This document shows positions 21,555-30,622 of a stretch of 64,000 bases of DNA, in pieces (the first letter of the stretch is position 1; the number at the start of each line of letters is the position of its first letter). The stretch covers positions 12,305 through 76,304 of the forward strand of contig CAZKRI010000024.1 of NCBI GenBank assembly GCA_964555245.1. Direction: 5' to 3'. The notes beneath the pieces are model-generated. The model did not search any database and was not told the DNA's origin. It was given only the letters and a program-made list of their open reading frames with translations. The translations under genes were made by a program, and so were the position numbers. The DNA is from an uncultured Myxococcales bacterium. GTDB lineage: Bacteria > Desulfobacterota > Binatia > UBA1149 > SPBQ01.

Positions 21555-21830
21555 GTGTCTCCGTTTCCATCTGACCGTAGGGTTGTTGCTGGATACTCGC
21601 ACGACGACTCCTCGGCTGTGCGTAAGACGGTCATCAACGTCAGCTTGACCCTCGCGAGGACCGTCGAGCGAGGTCTGACCAGCGAAACGTTTGCCGCGGC
21701 GTTCTCTCAGTTGGTTCGTGTGTTTGATCTCGAGCGTGCGGTGGAGATCTCGTTCGGATTGCTCACACGCATGTGGATGCTCGACAAAGAATGCACGATC
21801 GACGCTCCTTGGAATGCGCGTTTCTGTTGA
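21555..21830 (+). CDS. hypothetical protein (weak call)
   Basis: 91-aa GTG-initiated ORF in the low-coding region after eno. Moderate GC3, no convincing RBS. Its stop overlaps the -35 of the downstream promoter. May not be a real gene. Confidence 0.2.
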   Translation: MSPFPSDRRVVAGYSHDDSSAVRKTVINVSLTLARTVERGLTSETFAAAFSQLVRVFDLERAVEISFGLLTRMWMLDKECTIDAPWNARFC

Positions 21831-21856
21831 CTCCTGCGACGATAGCTAAGTATACT
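21827..21856 (+). promoter_or_regulatory. sigma70-type promoter (TTGACT-18-TATACT)
   Basis: TTGACT at 21827-21832, an 18-nt spacer, then TATACT at 21851-21856. The nearly consensus hexamers stand out in a high-GC genome. Confidence 0.45.
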
Positions 21857-21982
21857 TTGATCAAGTCGGGCACACGGTGTTGCGCTTACTGCCCGATGGA
21901 TCGCTCGTATGGGATCAAATCTCGGACCGAGCGAGAGCCTGAGACCGAGTCCGCGAGGAACGCTGGAGGAGGAGATAACGGT

Positions 21983-22066
21983 ATGGCAGGAAGAAAGAAG
22001 GCTAAGAAGAAAGCAGCGAAGAAAGCAGCTGGAAAGAAAGGCAAGAAGAAAGGTAAGAGAAGCTAG
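21983..22066 (+). CDS. 27-codon lysine-rich micro-ORF (MAGRKKAKKKAAKKAAGKKGKKKGKRS); could instead be part of a small RNA
   Basis: ATG at 21983 with a GGAGGAG Shine-Dalgarno motif ending 7 nt upstream. 14 of 27 codons are Lys. About 125 nt downstream of the consensus-like promoter and about 90 nt upstream of a perfect intrinsic terminator. Codons are unusually AT-rich (AAA, GCA, GCT, AGA) for this genome. Confidence 0.35.
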   Translation: MAGRKKAKKKAAKKAAGKKGKKKGKRS

Positions 22067-22157
22067 AGGAGTCAGCGTGACTCGAACCTTGCCGTCGCGA
22101 TAGGACGGTGGGGGTCCGGACAAGTCTCGGGAAGTCCGCGCTCCAATGGGAGCGAAA

Positions 22158-22194
22158 GAAACCCTCCGGCGATGAGCCGGAGGGTTTCTTTTTC
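22158..22194 (+). terminator. Rho-independent terminator
   Basis: Perfect 12-bp stem GAAACCCTCCGG / CCGGAGGGTTTC with a 7-nt loop, followed by TTTTT (22190-22194). Confidence 0.65.
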
Positions 22195-22212
22195 GGGAGC
22201 GTCCGGAATCCG

Positions 22213-22241
22213 TTGACACAATCCCCGCGGCTCCATATATC
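22213..22241 (+). promoter_or_regulatory. sigma70-type promoter for the SCP2 gene (TTGACA-17-TATATC)
   Basis: TTGACA at 22213-22218, a 17-nt spacer, then TATATC at 22236-22241. An RBS AGGAGGAG sits before the ATG at 22294. Confidence 0.5.
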
Positions 22242-22293
22242 AGCGCGCCGGGCAACATAGCTCACCCCGGTGATTTAGGAGGAGATTGGCGAT

Positions 22294-22629
22294 ATGGCGG
22301 CACAAGCGACCAGCGTTGCCGAGGTTTTCAAGTTGTTACCGACCGTGTTCAATGCCGCAGCGGCAGCGGGTGTGAACGCGGTCTATCAGTTCGATCTGAC
22401 CGGAGACGGGGGCGGAACCTACCATGTCCAGGTGGCCGACGGCGGCTGCAAGGTGCATCAGGGTGCCGCGACAACCCCGAACATCACGATCACCATGGCT
22501 GGATCCGACTACCTTGACATGATCAACGGCAAGCTGAACCCGCAGATGGCGTTCATGGGCGGCAAGCTGAAGATCAAAGGTGACATGAGCTTGGCGCTCA
22601 AGATGCAGCAGATCTTTCCGACCGGCTGA
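22294..22629 (+). CDS. SCP2 sterol-binding domain-containing protein
   Basis: 111 aa. VYQFDLTGDGGGTYHV...LNPQMAFMGGKLKIKGDMSLALKMQQIFP is the SCP-2 fold signature. Confidence 0.8.
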   Translation: MAAQATSVAEVFKLLPTVFNAAAAAGVNAVYQFDLTGDGGGTYHVQVADGGCKVHQGAATTPNITITMAGSDYLDMINGKLNPQMAFMGGKLKIKGDMSLALKMQQIFPTG

Positions 22630-22658
22630 TCTTCTCGCGGCGTAAGGGCGAGGTTGGC

Positions 22659-23444
22659 TTAAGAATCGTCGTTCTTGTCAGGATCCGGCGTCGCATCGAG
22701 CGCCGTGTGGATTCCGCACTCGACTCTTGCGCTCCCTGCCCATCGTCCGGAGCGCTCGTCGCCGTCCGGCAGTGGCAGAGCGGTACACGGCTCACAGCCG
22801 ATCGACGTGTAGCCGCGCTCGAAGAGCGGGTGCAGCGGGATACCGTGCGCGTACAGATAGCGATAGGTATCTTTCGCGGACCATTTGGCGAGAGGATTCA
22901 GTTTGACAACTGGACCCTGCATCTCAACCAAAGGCAGCGTACGACGTCCGTGAGTCTGGTCTCGCCGGCGCCCGTTGATCCAGCAACCGACGCCCGTCAG
23001 GGCATCGAGTAGAGGCTCCACTTTGTTGATTCGGCAGCACAAGTCGGGATCGCGCCGATAGAGATCGGAGCCGAATCGCTGTTTGAACTCGTCGAACGAC
23101 ATCCTGCGGCGGATCTCACGTAGGTTGAGGTCGAGCAGTTTGACGATCGTGTCGCGGTACTGGAGCGTCTCTTTGAAGTGGAAGCCGGTGTCGATGAAGA
23201 CCACGGGAACATCGGGCTTGATCGTTCTGAGCATGTGCGCGAGAACCACACCCTCGTGTTGAAATGAGCACGTCAGGATGGTGTCGTTCGGAAACTCGGT
23301 CGTTCCCCAGCCCAGTATCTGTTCCGGTGTCGCTTCTTCGAAACGCTGATTCAGCTCCACTAACCGGTTGGGCGTAAACGTCGACTCCGGTTGGGACGGC
23401 ATCGTTGACGGGTAACACGGCGTCGGGGGTGGCGCAATCGGCAA
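22659..23444 (-). CDS. cysH: phosphoadenylyl-sulfate / adenylyl-sulfate reductase family protein (CysH-like)
   Basis: 261 aa. PAPS-reductase fold (SFQHEGVVLAHML, PVVFIDTGFHFKET). C-terminal ECGIH motif. The true start is probably the internal Met (MPSQPES, about nt 23402). Confidence 0.8.
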   Translation of the reverse strand: MPIAPPPTPCYPSTMPSQPESTFTPNRLVELNQRFEEATPEQILGWGTTEFPNDTILTCSFQHEGVVLAHMLRTIKPDVPVVFIDTGFHFKETLQYRDTIVKLLDLNLREIRRRMSFDEFKQRFGSDLYRRDPDLCCRINKVEPLLDALTGVGCWINGRRRDQTHGRRTLPLVEMQGPVVKLNPLAKWSAKDTYRYLYAHGIPLHPLFERGYTSIGCEPCTALPLPDGDERSGRWAGSARVECGIHTALDATPDPDKNDDS

Positions 23445-23517
23445 GTCCGCGAGAACGCTCGCAGCCCGATGGTGACGCGACGCGGTGGATCAGCGGGGCG
23501 CGCCGCCCCGAAGGTGT

Positions 23518-24867
23518 TCAGGCGACATCGAGATCGCGACGAGGGACATCGCGCAGGAGAACGTCCGACGTCTTGTCGTCGGAGGCGAACTGCCGCATTC
23601 GCTCGAGCCCTTCCCGCACCTCTCGGCGTGTCATGAGGATGCCGTACGACTGGAGAATCTGCTTGACGATGTCGTAGTGCGTCTCGATCGACCGGGTGAC
23701 CGAAACGTACCCGTGGCGGCCGGCTCGCGGCCCTTCCCAGAAGGCGAGAGGATTCATCGCGAAGAACTCGGTGTCGTGCTCGGTGGGCTCGATGACGATG
23801 ATGTCACCGGTGAAGTTCGGGTCATCCTGGTACTCGCGCAGGCCGTACTGCAAGCGCGAGTGCAGGAGCGTGCGGAACACCTGATTGAGGACGGTGATGA
23901 TGCCCTGATCGGCTAGCCTGGTGCCTTCGGTGACGAACTTGCCCTTCTCAGGAATGTAACGATGGGTGACGCGGTTGGAGAACGGTCGGAACGGATTGTA
24001 GCAGATGATGAGATCCGCTCGGTGTTCGATAGCCACGTCGATGCTTGCCGTCCGTCGAACGCCGCCGTCGACGTAATCTACGCCGTTGATACGTGCTGGT
24101 CGGTAGAAGACCGGTAACGCGGTCGACGCTTGAACCGCCTCAGAGACCGTGAGTGACGTGTCTTCGTCATGCCCGAACACGACCCGCTCCGCGGTGTCCA
24201 GGTTCATGGCGGTGATGTAGAGGTCTTTCTCGGTGACCCGCTGAAGACTGCGAAAGTCGTTGGGCAGCCCGTTCTTCTCGAGGTTCTCCCGCAGGTAACG
24301 CTCGATGGTGCCGTTGTCGAACAGGCCGGACGGCAGATAGTAGTGCGGCAACGGAAAGCGCCGAGAGAGCAGAGCTCCGATCAGCGGTGAAGCGATGTCT
24401 TGCAACGCCGCCAGCGAAGGTTGTCGGCGGAACACCTGGAGCGAGGGCCGGATGCTGTCAGCCAGCTCAGGGAGATCGGCCACCAAATCCAGCAGGATAC
24501 CGGGAACATAGGTCATCACGTCGAGAAGATACTCGGCCGGTTTGCGCAGCATCTCCTCGGTGTTGAGATTGTAGAAATCTCCCGGCCGGAAGCGTGAGAA
24601 CTGGACAGAGGTCCCGTCCAGGGTGCGCAGCATCTCCGAGGGGGCGACTCCGGCGGCTAGCGGTGCGCCGAGCATCGCACCGGCGCTCAGGCCTACGTAA
24701 AGGTCAAAATCCGTGACCTTGCGGTTGATGAGAAAATCGTCGAGTGCCTTGAGCCCGCCGAGTTTGAACGCACCGCCCGTCAGCGCGCCGCCAGCGAGCA
24801 CCAGAGCGACCTTCGAATCCCGCTTGCGGACCGTCAGGTCGCTCTTTTGAATGATGGTGATTCCCAT
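23518..24867 (-). CDS. patatin-like phospholipase family protein
   Basis: 449 aa. Oxyanion-hole glycines VALVLAGGALTGGAF, nucleophile motif GLSAG (GxSxG), catalytic DGG. Confidence 0.85.
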   Translation of the reverse strand: MGITIIQKSDLTVRKRDSKVALVLAGGALTGGAFKLGGLKALDDFLINRKVTDFDLYVGLSAGAMLGAPLAAGVAPSEMLRTLDGTSVQFSRFRPGDFYNLNTEEMLRKPAEYLLDVMTYVPGILLDLVADLPELADSIRPSLQVFRRQPSLAALQDIASPLIGALLSRRFPLPHYYLPSGLFDNGTIERYLRENLEKNGLPNDFRSLQRVTEKDLYITAMNLDTAERVVFGHDEDTSLTVSEAVQASTALPVFYRPARINGVDYVDGGVRRTASIDVAIEHRADLIICYNPFRPFSNRVTHRYIPEKGKFVTEGTRLADQGIITVLNQVFRTLLHSRLQYGLREYQDDPNFTGDIIVIEPTEHDTEFFAMNPLAFWEGPRAGRHGYVSVTRSIETHYDIVKQILQSYGILMTRREVREGLERMRQFASDDKTSDVLLRDVPRRDLDVA

Positions 24868-24890
24868 CGTACAGGTTCGGCCAGGATAGC

Positions 24891-25652
24891 CTACGGCCTT
24901 CCTGAGTGTCGAGCGGGCATCCCGAGTAGCGCTTGTTCCGCCGCGGCGAGCTCCGACGGAGTGCCAACCGTCAGCCAGGGACCGTCGAACCGGTAGGCGT
25001 AGATCGGTTCCCCGCGCGCGAGCATCCTCGGGTAGGTGTGGCGTGTCATCGAGAAGACGGTGCCCCGGATCATGTAGTCGAACACTCGCGGCTCGAGTAC
25101 CTGAACCCCCGTGTACATGAACGGCTCGAGCGGCTCACCCGGTGCCAGCGTTTCGGGCGGCGCTTCACAGTCAAGAAAGCGGCCAACCCGTCCCTGTGGC
25201 GTGACCCGAATCAGCCCGAAGCGTTCCATCGACGGGTCCTTACGTACCACCAACGTCGCGAGCGCGTCACGCGAGCGATGGAAACCCACGACCGTGCGCA
25301 GGTCGATATCGATGATGGTATCGGCGTTGACCGTGATGAACGTGCGCGCGCCCAGTAAAGGTTGCGCCCAAGCGATCCCGCCGCCACTGTCCAGGAGCGG
25401 GTTTTCGACGCTGTAGTGGATCCGGACGTCGTGGGTGGAACCGTCGCCGAGGTGTTTGCGTATCTCTTCCCCGAGATGATGCAGATTGACGATCACGTCG
25501 GTGATTCCGGCGTCTGCGAGGGTGCGTATCGCGTAGTCGATGAGAGGGCGACCGCCGACGCGGACCAACGCCTTGGGAACACGTTCGGTAAGGGGACGCA
25601 GTCGCTGCCCGAGACCGGCCGCAAGGATCATCGCGTGTGTGACCCGCGTCAT
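24891..25652 (-). CDS. murU: nucleotidyltransferase family protein (MurU-like sugar-1-phosphate nucleotidylyltransferase)
   Basis: 253 aa. MILAAGLGQRLRPLTERVPKALV is the NTP-transferase G-rich loop. Size and fold are GlmU-N/MurU-like. Overlaps the upstream kinase gene by 4 nt. Confidence 0.7.
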   Translation of the reverse strand: MTRVTHAMILAAGLGQRLRPLTERVPKALVRVGGRPLIDYAIRTLADAGITDVIVNLHHLGEEIRKHLGDGSTHDVRIHYSVENPLLDSGGGIAWAQPLLGARTFITVNADTIIDIDLRTVVGFHRSRDALATLVVRKDPSMERFGLIRVTPQGRVGRFLDCEAPPETLAPGEPLEPFMYTGVQVLEPRVFDYMIRGTVFSMTRHTYPRMLARGEPIYAYRFDGPWLTVGTPSELAAAEQALLGMPARHSGRP

Positions 25653-26725
25653 GCGTTTCCAACCGGACCGGCCTTGACCCCGTCCTCCAAGATACGTCGG
25701 GTTTGGTCGATTCCGTCGACCTGCGTGGCCAGGCGGCGCGCCGTTGCTACGACCGACGGCAGCATCTGCCGATAACGTGGCTTGCCCTTGCGCTCGGCGA
25801 GGAAGTTGAAGCGGCCGATTACCTTCAGAACCCGCTGGAACGCGCAGAGGCGGTACACCTCGAGAGGATCGCCACCGACGGCCAGGCCATCGGCGAAGCG
25901 CATGACGAGCTGTTCCTCGTGCCGCGAGTCGATCAGCTGTGGGGTGGTACGGTCGGTTAGCAAAGAGGCGACGTCGTAGAGCCGCGGTCCCAGCAAGGCG
26001 TCCTGGAAGTCGAGCAGCCGCAGCCGGCCATCCTGTACGTGAATGTTCCAGGCGTGGAAATCACGGTGGCAGAACGCTCGTGGCAGGTCGCCGAGCCGCT
26101 CGGCCACGGCCATTAGCTCCCCGTGGCAACGTGTCCGATCCGAGGTTGGCACCCGCGGCGCCAGGCCGTATTCGAGAAAATGCTCGAACTCCCAGCCGAA
26201 CAGTCGAGCGTCGAATGTCTGCCGGAAGGCGTAACAGCCACTGCCGTCATCGAGCGCGCGCCGCTGCAAGTCTCGCAGCAGCATCAGGGCGCACCAGAAA
26301 GGATCTTCGCTCCGACTAGCCGCGCTGGTCGCCGACTCCCAAAGCGACACATCGCCGACATCCTCGAGGACGAGGCCGCCTTCCGCGGCGTAGGCGCGAA
26401 AGACGCGGGGAACGGCGTCCGTGACCCGCGAGAGGAACCGCCAGACGTTGACGAAGGGCAGCTCCGCTGGCCCTTGCGCTCCGAACACCCCCAGCTCCTC
26501 TGACGACATCGGCACCCCGGCGTCGTCGATGAGCATGATGACGACCGTGGACGGAGTCTGCGACCGTTCGCCTGCGACGATCTCACACCTCAAATACCGT
26601 CGAGCTGAGGCGTCGCCCATGATCGGAGTGACGCTAGCGACGGCCGCCTTCGGCCACAGTTCGCTAACGGCGCTCATGCAGAGCCGTCGAGCGCGCTCTC
26701 GATCGTCGATGGCCTCGGGCATGGC
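25649..26725 (-). CDS. amgK: aminoglycoside phosphotransferase-fold kinase (AmgK-like anomeric sugar kinase)
   Basis: APH/choline-kinase fold. Brenner motif CHRDFHAWNIHV and the DFQDA Mg-binding motif. Immediately upstream of and translationally coupled to the MurU-like gene, as in amgK-murU pairs. The track ORF extends to 26884; I chose the internal Met (MPEAIDD) because the longer form would leave only 12 bp to the divergent nuoA. Confidence 0.65.
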   Translation of the reverse strand, partial: AMPEAIDDRERARRLCMSAVSELWPKAAVASVTPIMGDASARRYLRCEIVAGERSQTPSTVVIMLIDDAGVPMSSEELGVFGAQGPAELPFVNVWRFLSRVTDAVPRVFRAYAAEGGLVLEDVGDVSLWESATSAASRSEDPFWCALMLLRDLQRRALDDGSGCYAFRQTFDARLFGWEFEHFLEYGLAPRVPTSDRTRCHGELMAVAERLGDLPRAFCHRDFHAWNIHVQDGRLRLLDFQDALLGPRLYDVASLLTDRTTPQLIDSRHEEQLVMRFADGLAVGGDPLEVYRLCAFQRVLKVIGRFNFLAERKGKPRYRQMLPSVVATARRLATQVDGIDQTRRILEDGVKAGPVGNA

Positions 26726-26794
26726 GTGCGATTCTTGCAGAGGTCCGGGCGGAGCGGCAACCCGGATACGAACGCGTGCGCGGCGCCGATTTCG

Positions 26795-26823
26795 TTGACA
26801 CGGGGGGAGGTTCTCGCAATAAG
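26795..26823 (+). promoter_or_regulatory. candidate promoter of nuo cluster 1 (TTGACA-17-AATAAG)
   Basis: TTGACA at 26795-26800 and a 17-nt spacer. AATAAG is a weak -10. About 75 nt upstream of nuoA. Confidence 0.3.
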
Positions 26824-26896
26824 CCCGGCTTACGAGCACGGATGCGGCGCGATCGGCGCAGTTAGCCGCACTTTCCCGTGCCATTAGCCCCGCGGC

Positions 26897-27259
26897 ATGT
26901 CGGAGTATCTTCCGGTCGCAATAACCTTCGCGATCACGGCCGTCGTCGTCGGAACGATGGTTTCACTCAACCGGCTGGTGGGCCCACGCGTAACCCGGTC
27001 GGCCGAAACAGCCAAGCACGAGACATTCGAGTGCGGGAATCCAGCTACCGGGTCGGCTTGGGCGCGTTTCTCGGTGAAGTTCTACTTGGTAGCGATCCTG
27101 TTCATCGTCTTCGACCTCGAGGTCGTGTTCATGTACCCGTGGGCTACCGTGTTACGGGAGCTTGGCCTGTTCGGGTTCGTTGAGATGATGATCTTCGTGG
27201 GCGTTCTCGGCGTAGGTCTGGCCTTCGCCTGGCGCAAGGGGGCCCTCGATTGGAAATAG
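26897..27259 (+). CDS. nuoA: NADH-quinone oxidoreductase subunit A
   Basis: 120 aa, three TM helices. FECGNP and [12 protein letters not shown] are NuoA signatures. Confidence 0.9.
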   Translation: MSEYLPVAITFAITAVVVGTMVSLNRLVGPRVTRSAETAKHETFECGNPATGSAWARFSVKFYLVAILFIVFDLEVVFMYPWATVLRELGLFGFVEMMIFVGVLGVGLAFAWRKGALDWK

Positions 27260-27759
27260 CCGAGCTGATCAATCGCAGCGTGCCTAGTGCCGCGGCGATA
27301 CTGACCGCGGCGTCAGGCTGCGCCGTCCTGACAGTGGAGTCTGCGGCTGTTGCCGAGGTGCTGCGTTTCCTGCGCGACGATCCCGGCCAACGGTACGAGA
27401 TGCTCGTAGACGTGACCGCCGCCGACCACACGGCACTGTCGGGGACCATCCAGGTTATCTACCAGCTCTGCTCGCTGAGCCGGAACGTTCGCCTCATGGT
27501 CAAGACCATCGTGCCCGCCCGGCAACCGACGGTTCCCTCGGTCGCTACTCTCTGGCGGTCGGCCAACTGGGCTGAACGCGAGGTGTGGGACATGTTCGGC
27601 GTTCGCTTCGACGGCCACCCCGATCTGCGCCGCATCATGATGTACCCCGAATTCGTCGGGCACCCGCTGCTCAAGAGCTATCCGGTGAATCAACGACAGC
27701 CGTTGATTGAGGAACGTGATCCCATCGCCAACCCGTGGCCGTCGCGAGACGGACTCTGA
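27250..27759 (+). CDS. nuoC: NADH-quinone oxidoreductase subunit C
   Basis: 169 aa. [26 protein letters not shown] is the NuoC (30 kDa) signature. It follows nuoA directly, so there is no room for nuoB between them. Confidence 0.9.
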   Translation: MEIAELINRSVPSAAAILTAASGCAVLTVESAAVAEVLRFLRDDPGQRYEMLVDVTAADHTALSGTIQVIYQLCSLSRNVRLMVKTIVPARQPTVPSVATLWRSANWAEREVWDMFGVRFDGHPDLRRIMMYPEFVGHPLLKSYPVNQRQPLIEERDPIANPWPSRDGL

Positions 27760-28973
27760 TGAGCGAGCCGCGCGACGCGCCAGGTAGAACCGCTCCTCAT
27801 GACGCGATCTCGGAGGTCATGGAGCTGCAGATGGGGCCGTCCCATCCGGCGACTCATGGCACCATCAAGTTCAACCTGCGACTGGACGGCGAAACCATCC
27901 TGTCATGCGGTACCGAGGTCGGTTATCTGCATCGTGGCTTCGAGAAGATGTGCGAGCAGGGGACTTGGACGCAGTGCATTCCCTACACGGACCGTCTCAA
28001 CTATGCCTCCCCCTTGATCAATAACTTCATCTTCACCGAGGCCGTCGAGCGTCTGCTCGACGTTAAGGTGCCTGCGCGGTGCACCTACGTCCGCGTGCTC
28101 CTCTCCGAGCTGTCGCGGGTCGCGGACCACCTGACGTGCCTGGGCATGGCTGCGGCCGAGATGGGCGCGATCAGCGTCGGGTTCTACATGAACGAGGCGC
28201 GAGAGACGCTGTATAACCTCAACCAGAAAGCCACCGGTGCGCGCGTGACGGTCACCTACGGACGGGTCGGCGGCCTTGCGCGCGATCTGCCAGAAGGTTT
28301 CTTCGACGAGACGCGTGCCGCGGTTCGCAAGATCGGTGCGACGCTCGACGACTGCGAGCGATTGCTCGAGCGGAACCGCATTTTCTTGGGCCGCATGGTT
28401 CGCATCGGCGTGATCTCGCAGGCGGACGCGATCAGCTACGCGCTTACGGGCCCGATGCTGCGTGCCACCGGCGTTCGCCGCGATCTGCGCAAGGACGAAC
28501 CCTACATGGAGTACGATCGGTTCGACTTCGACGTGCCGGTAGGGACCGTTGGCGACAACTTCGACCGCTTTTCGGTGCGGTTCGAGGAGATGCGCCAGTC
28601 GCTCCGGATCGTCGAGCAGGTGATGTCCACGATTCCGGAGGGGCCGGTGTGTATCGACGATCCGACGATCGTTCTGCCCCAGAAGGATCGAGTCTACGGT
28701 TCCATCGAGGGTTTGATGGCGCAGTTCAAGCTCGTCATCGAGGGTATCAAGGTCCCACCGGGCGAGATCTACTTCGCCGGTGAGGCCTCCAATGGGGAAC
28801 TCGGCTTCTATTTGGTCAGCGATGGGAGCGGCCGGCCGTTTCGTGTTCGTGTCCGACCGCCCTGTTTCTACGGCATGGCAGCCGTCGAGCACATGGCCAA
28901 AGGGCACGCGATTGCCGACCTCGTGGCCATCTTCGGGATGGTCAACATGATCGGCGGCGAGTGCGACCGGTGA
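27759..28973 (+). CDS. nuoD: NADH-quinone oxidoreductase subunit D
   Basis: QMGPSHPATHGTIKFNLRLDGETI...YLHRGFEK is the 49-kDa subunit signature. The ATG at 27759 overlaps the nuoC stop (ATGA). The track ORF starts at 27735. Confidence 0.9.
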   Translation: MSEPRDAPGRTAPHDAISEVMELQMGPSHPATHGTIKFNLRLDGETILSCGTEVGYLHRGFEKMCEQGTWTQCIPYTDRLNYASPLINNFIFTEAVERLLDVKVPARCTYVRVLLSELSRVADHLTCLGMAAAEMGAISVGFYMNEARETLYNLNQKATGARVTVTYGRVGGLARDLPEGFFDETRAAVRKIGATLDDCERLLERNRIFLGRMVRIGVISQADAISYALTGPMLRATGVRRDLRKDEPYMEYDRFDFDVPVGTVGDNFDRFSVRFEEMRQSLRIVEQVMSTIPEGPVCIDDPTIVLPQKDRVYGSIEGLMAQFKLVIEGIKVPPGEIYFAGEASNGELGFYLVSDGSGRPFRVRVRPPCFYGMAAVEHMAKGHAIADLVAIFGMVNMIGGECDR

Positions 28974-28983
28974 GCGGCCGGAT

Positions 28984-29520
28984 ATGACTGCGGACCGGAC
29001 AGAGACGACGCACCGTCGTGACGGGCCGGTCGCGTTCAGCCCGGACGCGCTCCGCGAGTACGAGGAGATCCTGGGTCACTATCCCCAGCCCCGCGCGGCG
29101 CTGATGCCGGTTCTCTGGCTTGCGCAGCGAGAGTTCGGATGGGTTGGCAGCGACGTGCAGGAGTACGTGGCTAAGTTGATGGGGTTACCGCGAGCCTGGG
29201 TCGAAGGCGTCGTCTCCTTCTACACCATGTACCACACGCGGCCGATGGGCCGGCACCATCTTCAACTGTGCACGAACCTGTCTTGCCGGCTCCGCGGCGC
29301 AGATGAGATCCTGTCCGTGCTCCGGCGCCGGCTCGACGTCGAACCTGGTAAAACGACCGCCGATGGTGCTTTCTCGCTCGACTGCGTGGAGTGCCTGGGG
29401 TCTTGCGGAACTGCGCCGGTGATTCAACTCGGGTCGGGTCCGTACTTCGAGAACCTCGACGTCGGTACGGCGCTGGCACTGGTCGATCGCCTGACCTCCG
29501 CCCGCGCGGCCGGAGAATGA
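28984..29520 (+). CDS. nuoE: NADH-quinone oxidoreductase subunit E (24-kDa 2Fe-2S subunit)
   Basis: 178 aa. Thioredoxin-like 2Fe-2S ferredoxin with CTNLSCRLRG ... CVECLGSCGTAP (Cx4C...Cx3C). Confidence 0.85.
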   Translation: MTADRTETTHRRDGPVAFSPDALREYEEILGHYPQPRAALMPVLWLAQREFGWVGSDVQEYVAKLMGLPRAWVEGVVSFYTMYHTRPMGRHHLQLCTNLSCRLRGADEILSVLRRRLDVEPGKTTADGAFSLDCVECLGSCGTAPVIQLGSGPYFENLDVGTALALVDRLTSARAAGE

Positions 29521-29521
29521 C

Positions 29522-30622
29522 GTGGACGACTGGTTGATCGATGCTGCCAAGTGCCTGCTCGTGATCCTGATGGTGCTCCAGCTGTCCGCGTTCCTGCTCT
29601 GGATCGAACGCAAAGGGAGCGCGTTGATCCAGAACCGCATCGGCGCCAATCGGGCCGCGATCTTCGGTCGGATGCCCGTCAATCTGGGGTTTCTCAACAC
29701 GCTGGTAGCCGATCCCGTCAAACTGTTCACGAAAGAAGACTTCGTCCCAGCCGGCGCCGACCGCTTGGTGCACACGATCGCGCCGTTCCTCGCCTTGTTT
29801 CCTGCCATCGTGACGTTCGCCGCGATCCCGTTCGGCGATCAGATCGAGATAGCCGGCCGAACGATCGAACTCCGTGCCGTCCGGCTCGACGTCGGCTTGC
29901 TCTACATGGTCGCGATGGTGTCGATGGGGGTCTACGGGGTCGTACTGGCGGGGTGGGCCTCCAATAACCGCTGGGCGCTGCTCGGGAGCATCCGCGGGTC
30001 CGCACAGATGATCTCGTACGAAGTCCCGCTGGGCTTGGCGCTGATCAGCGTGGTGCTTACGTATGGAACGCTCGACCTTCAGGAGATGGTGCGGGCTCAG
30101 GGGGCCGCGCTTCTCGGGTGGATTCCTGCATGGGGAATTCTCTACCAACCGGTGGCATGCCTCATCGTGCTGGTTGCGGGCATGGCCGAATCGAAACGCG
30201 TGCCGTTCGATCTCCCCGAAGCGGAGTCCGAGTTGATCGCCGGCTACTTCACGGAGTACTCGGGCGGCAAGCAAGCGTCGTTCATGCTCGCGGATTTCGC
30301 CGAGGTTGTCGTGGTCGCGGGGTTCGTGACCACGCTGTTTTTCGGCGGCTGGCAGGTGCCCTATCTCGGGCGGGAGGGGTGGCTCCTTCCGGGTGGAGCG
30401 CTGATCGCAATCTCCCATTGGGTGGTGGTCGGTCTGCAGCTGTTCGCTTTCAGCGTCAAAGTTCTCTTCTTTTGTTGGCTCCAGATCCTCGTGCGCTGGA
30501 CGGTTCCCCGCTTCCGCTATGACCAGCTCATGGATTTGGGCTGGAAGGGAATGATCCCGGTCGCTCTTCTCAACCTCCTTGTGACTGCGACGGTGGTCGC
30601 TTTCGGAAGCAGCGCGAGATGA
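29522..30622 (+). CDS. nuoH: NADH-quinone oxidoreductase subunit H
   Basis: 366 aa, polytopic. ERKGSALIQNRIGANRAA and SNNRWALLGSIR match the NuoH/ND1 signatures. It starts 2 nt after the nuoE stop, so there is no nuoF or nuoG. Confidence 0.9.
   Translation: MDDWLIDAAKCLLVILMVLQLSAFLLWIERKGSALIQNRIGANRAAIFGRMPVNLGFLNTLVADPVKLFTKEDFVPAGADRLVHTIAPFLALFPAIVTFAAIPFGDQIEIAGRTIELRAVRLDVGLLYMVAMVSMGVYGVVLAGWASNNRWALLGSIRGSAQMISYEVPLGLALISVVLTYGTLDLQEMVRAQGAALLGWIPAWGILYQPVACLIVLVAGMAESKRVPFDLPEAESELIAGYFTEYSGGKQASFMLADFAEVVVVAGFVTTLFFGGWQVPYLGREGWLLPGGALIAISHWVVVGLQLFAFSVKVLFFCWLQILVRWTVPRFRYDQLMDLGWKGMIPVALLNLLVTATVVAFGSSAR

Noticed and set aside
22100-22160. GAAGTCCGCGCTCCAATGGGAGCG, resembling the RNase P RNA P4-proximal motif GGAAAGUCCGGGCUCCAUAGGGCA.
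   Set aside because: There is no flanking RNase P architecture (no ACAGAAnCCGGCUUA 3' motif and insufficient length). The segment lies inside the micro-ORF transcription unit; judged coincidental.
21707-22258. 183-aa minus-strand ORF spanning the Lys-rich micro-ORF region.
   Set aside because: It is the antisense mirror of the purine-rich low-complexity stretch (LLSLLSS... repeats). It has no promoter or RBS on that strand, whereas the + strand has promoter, RBS and terminator.
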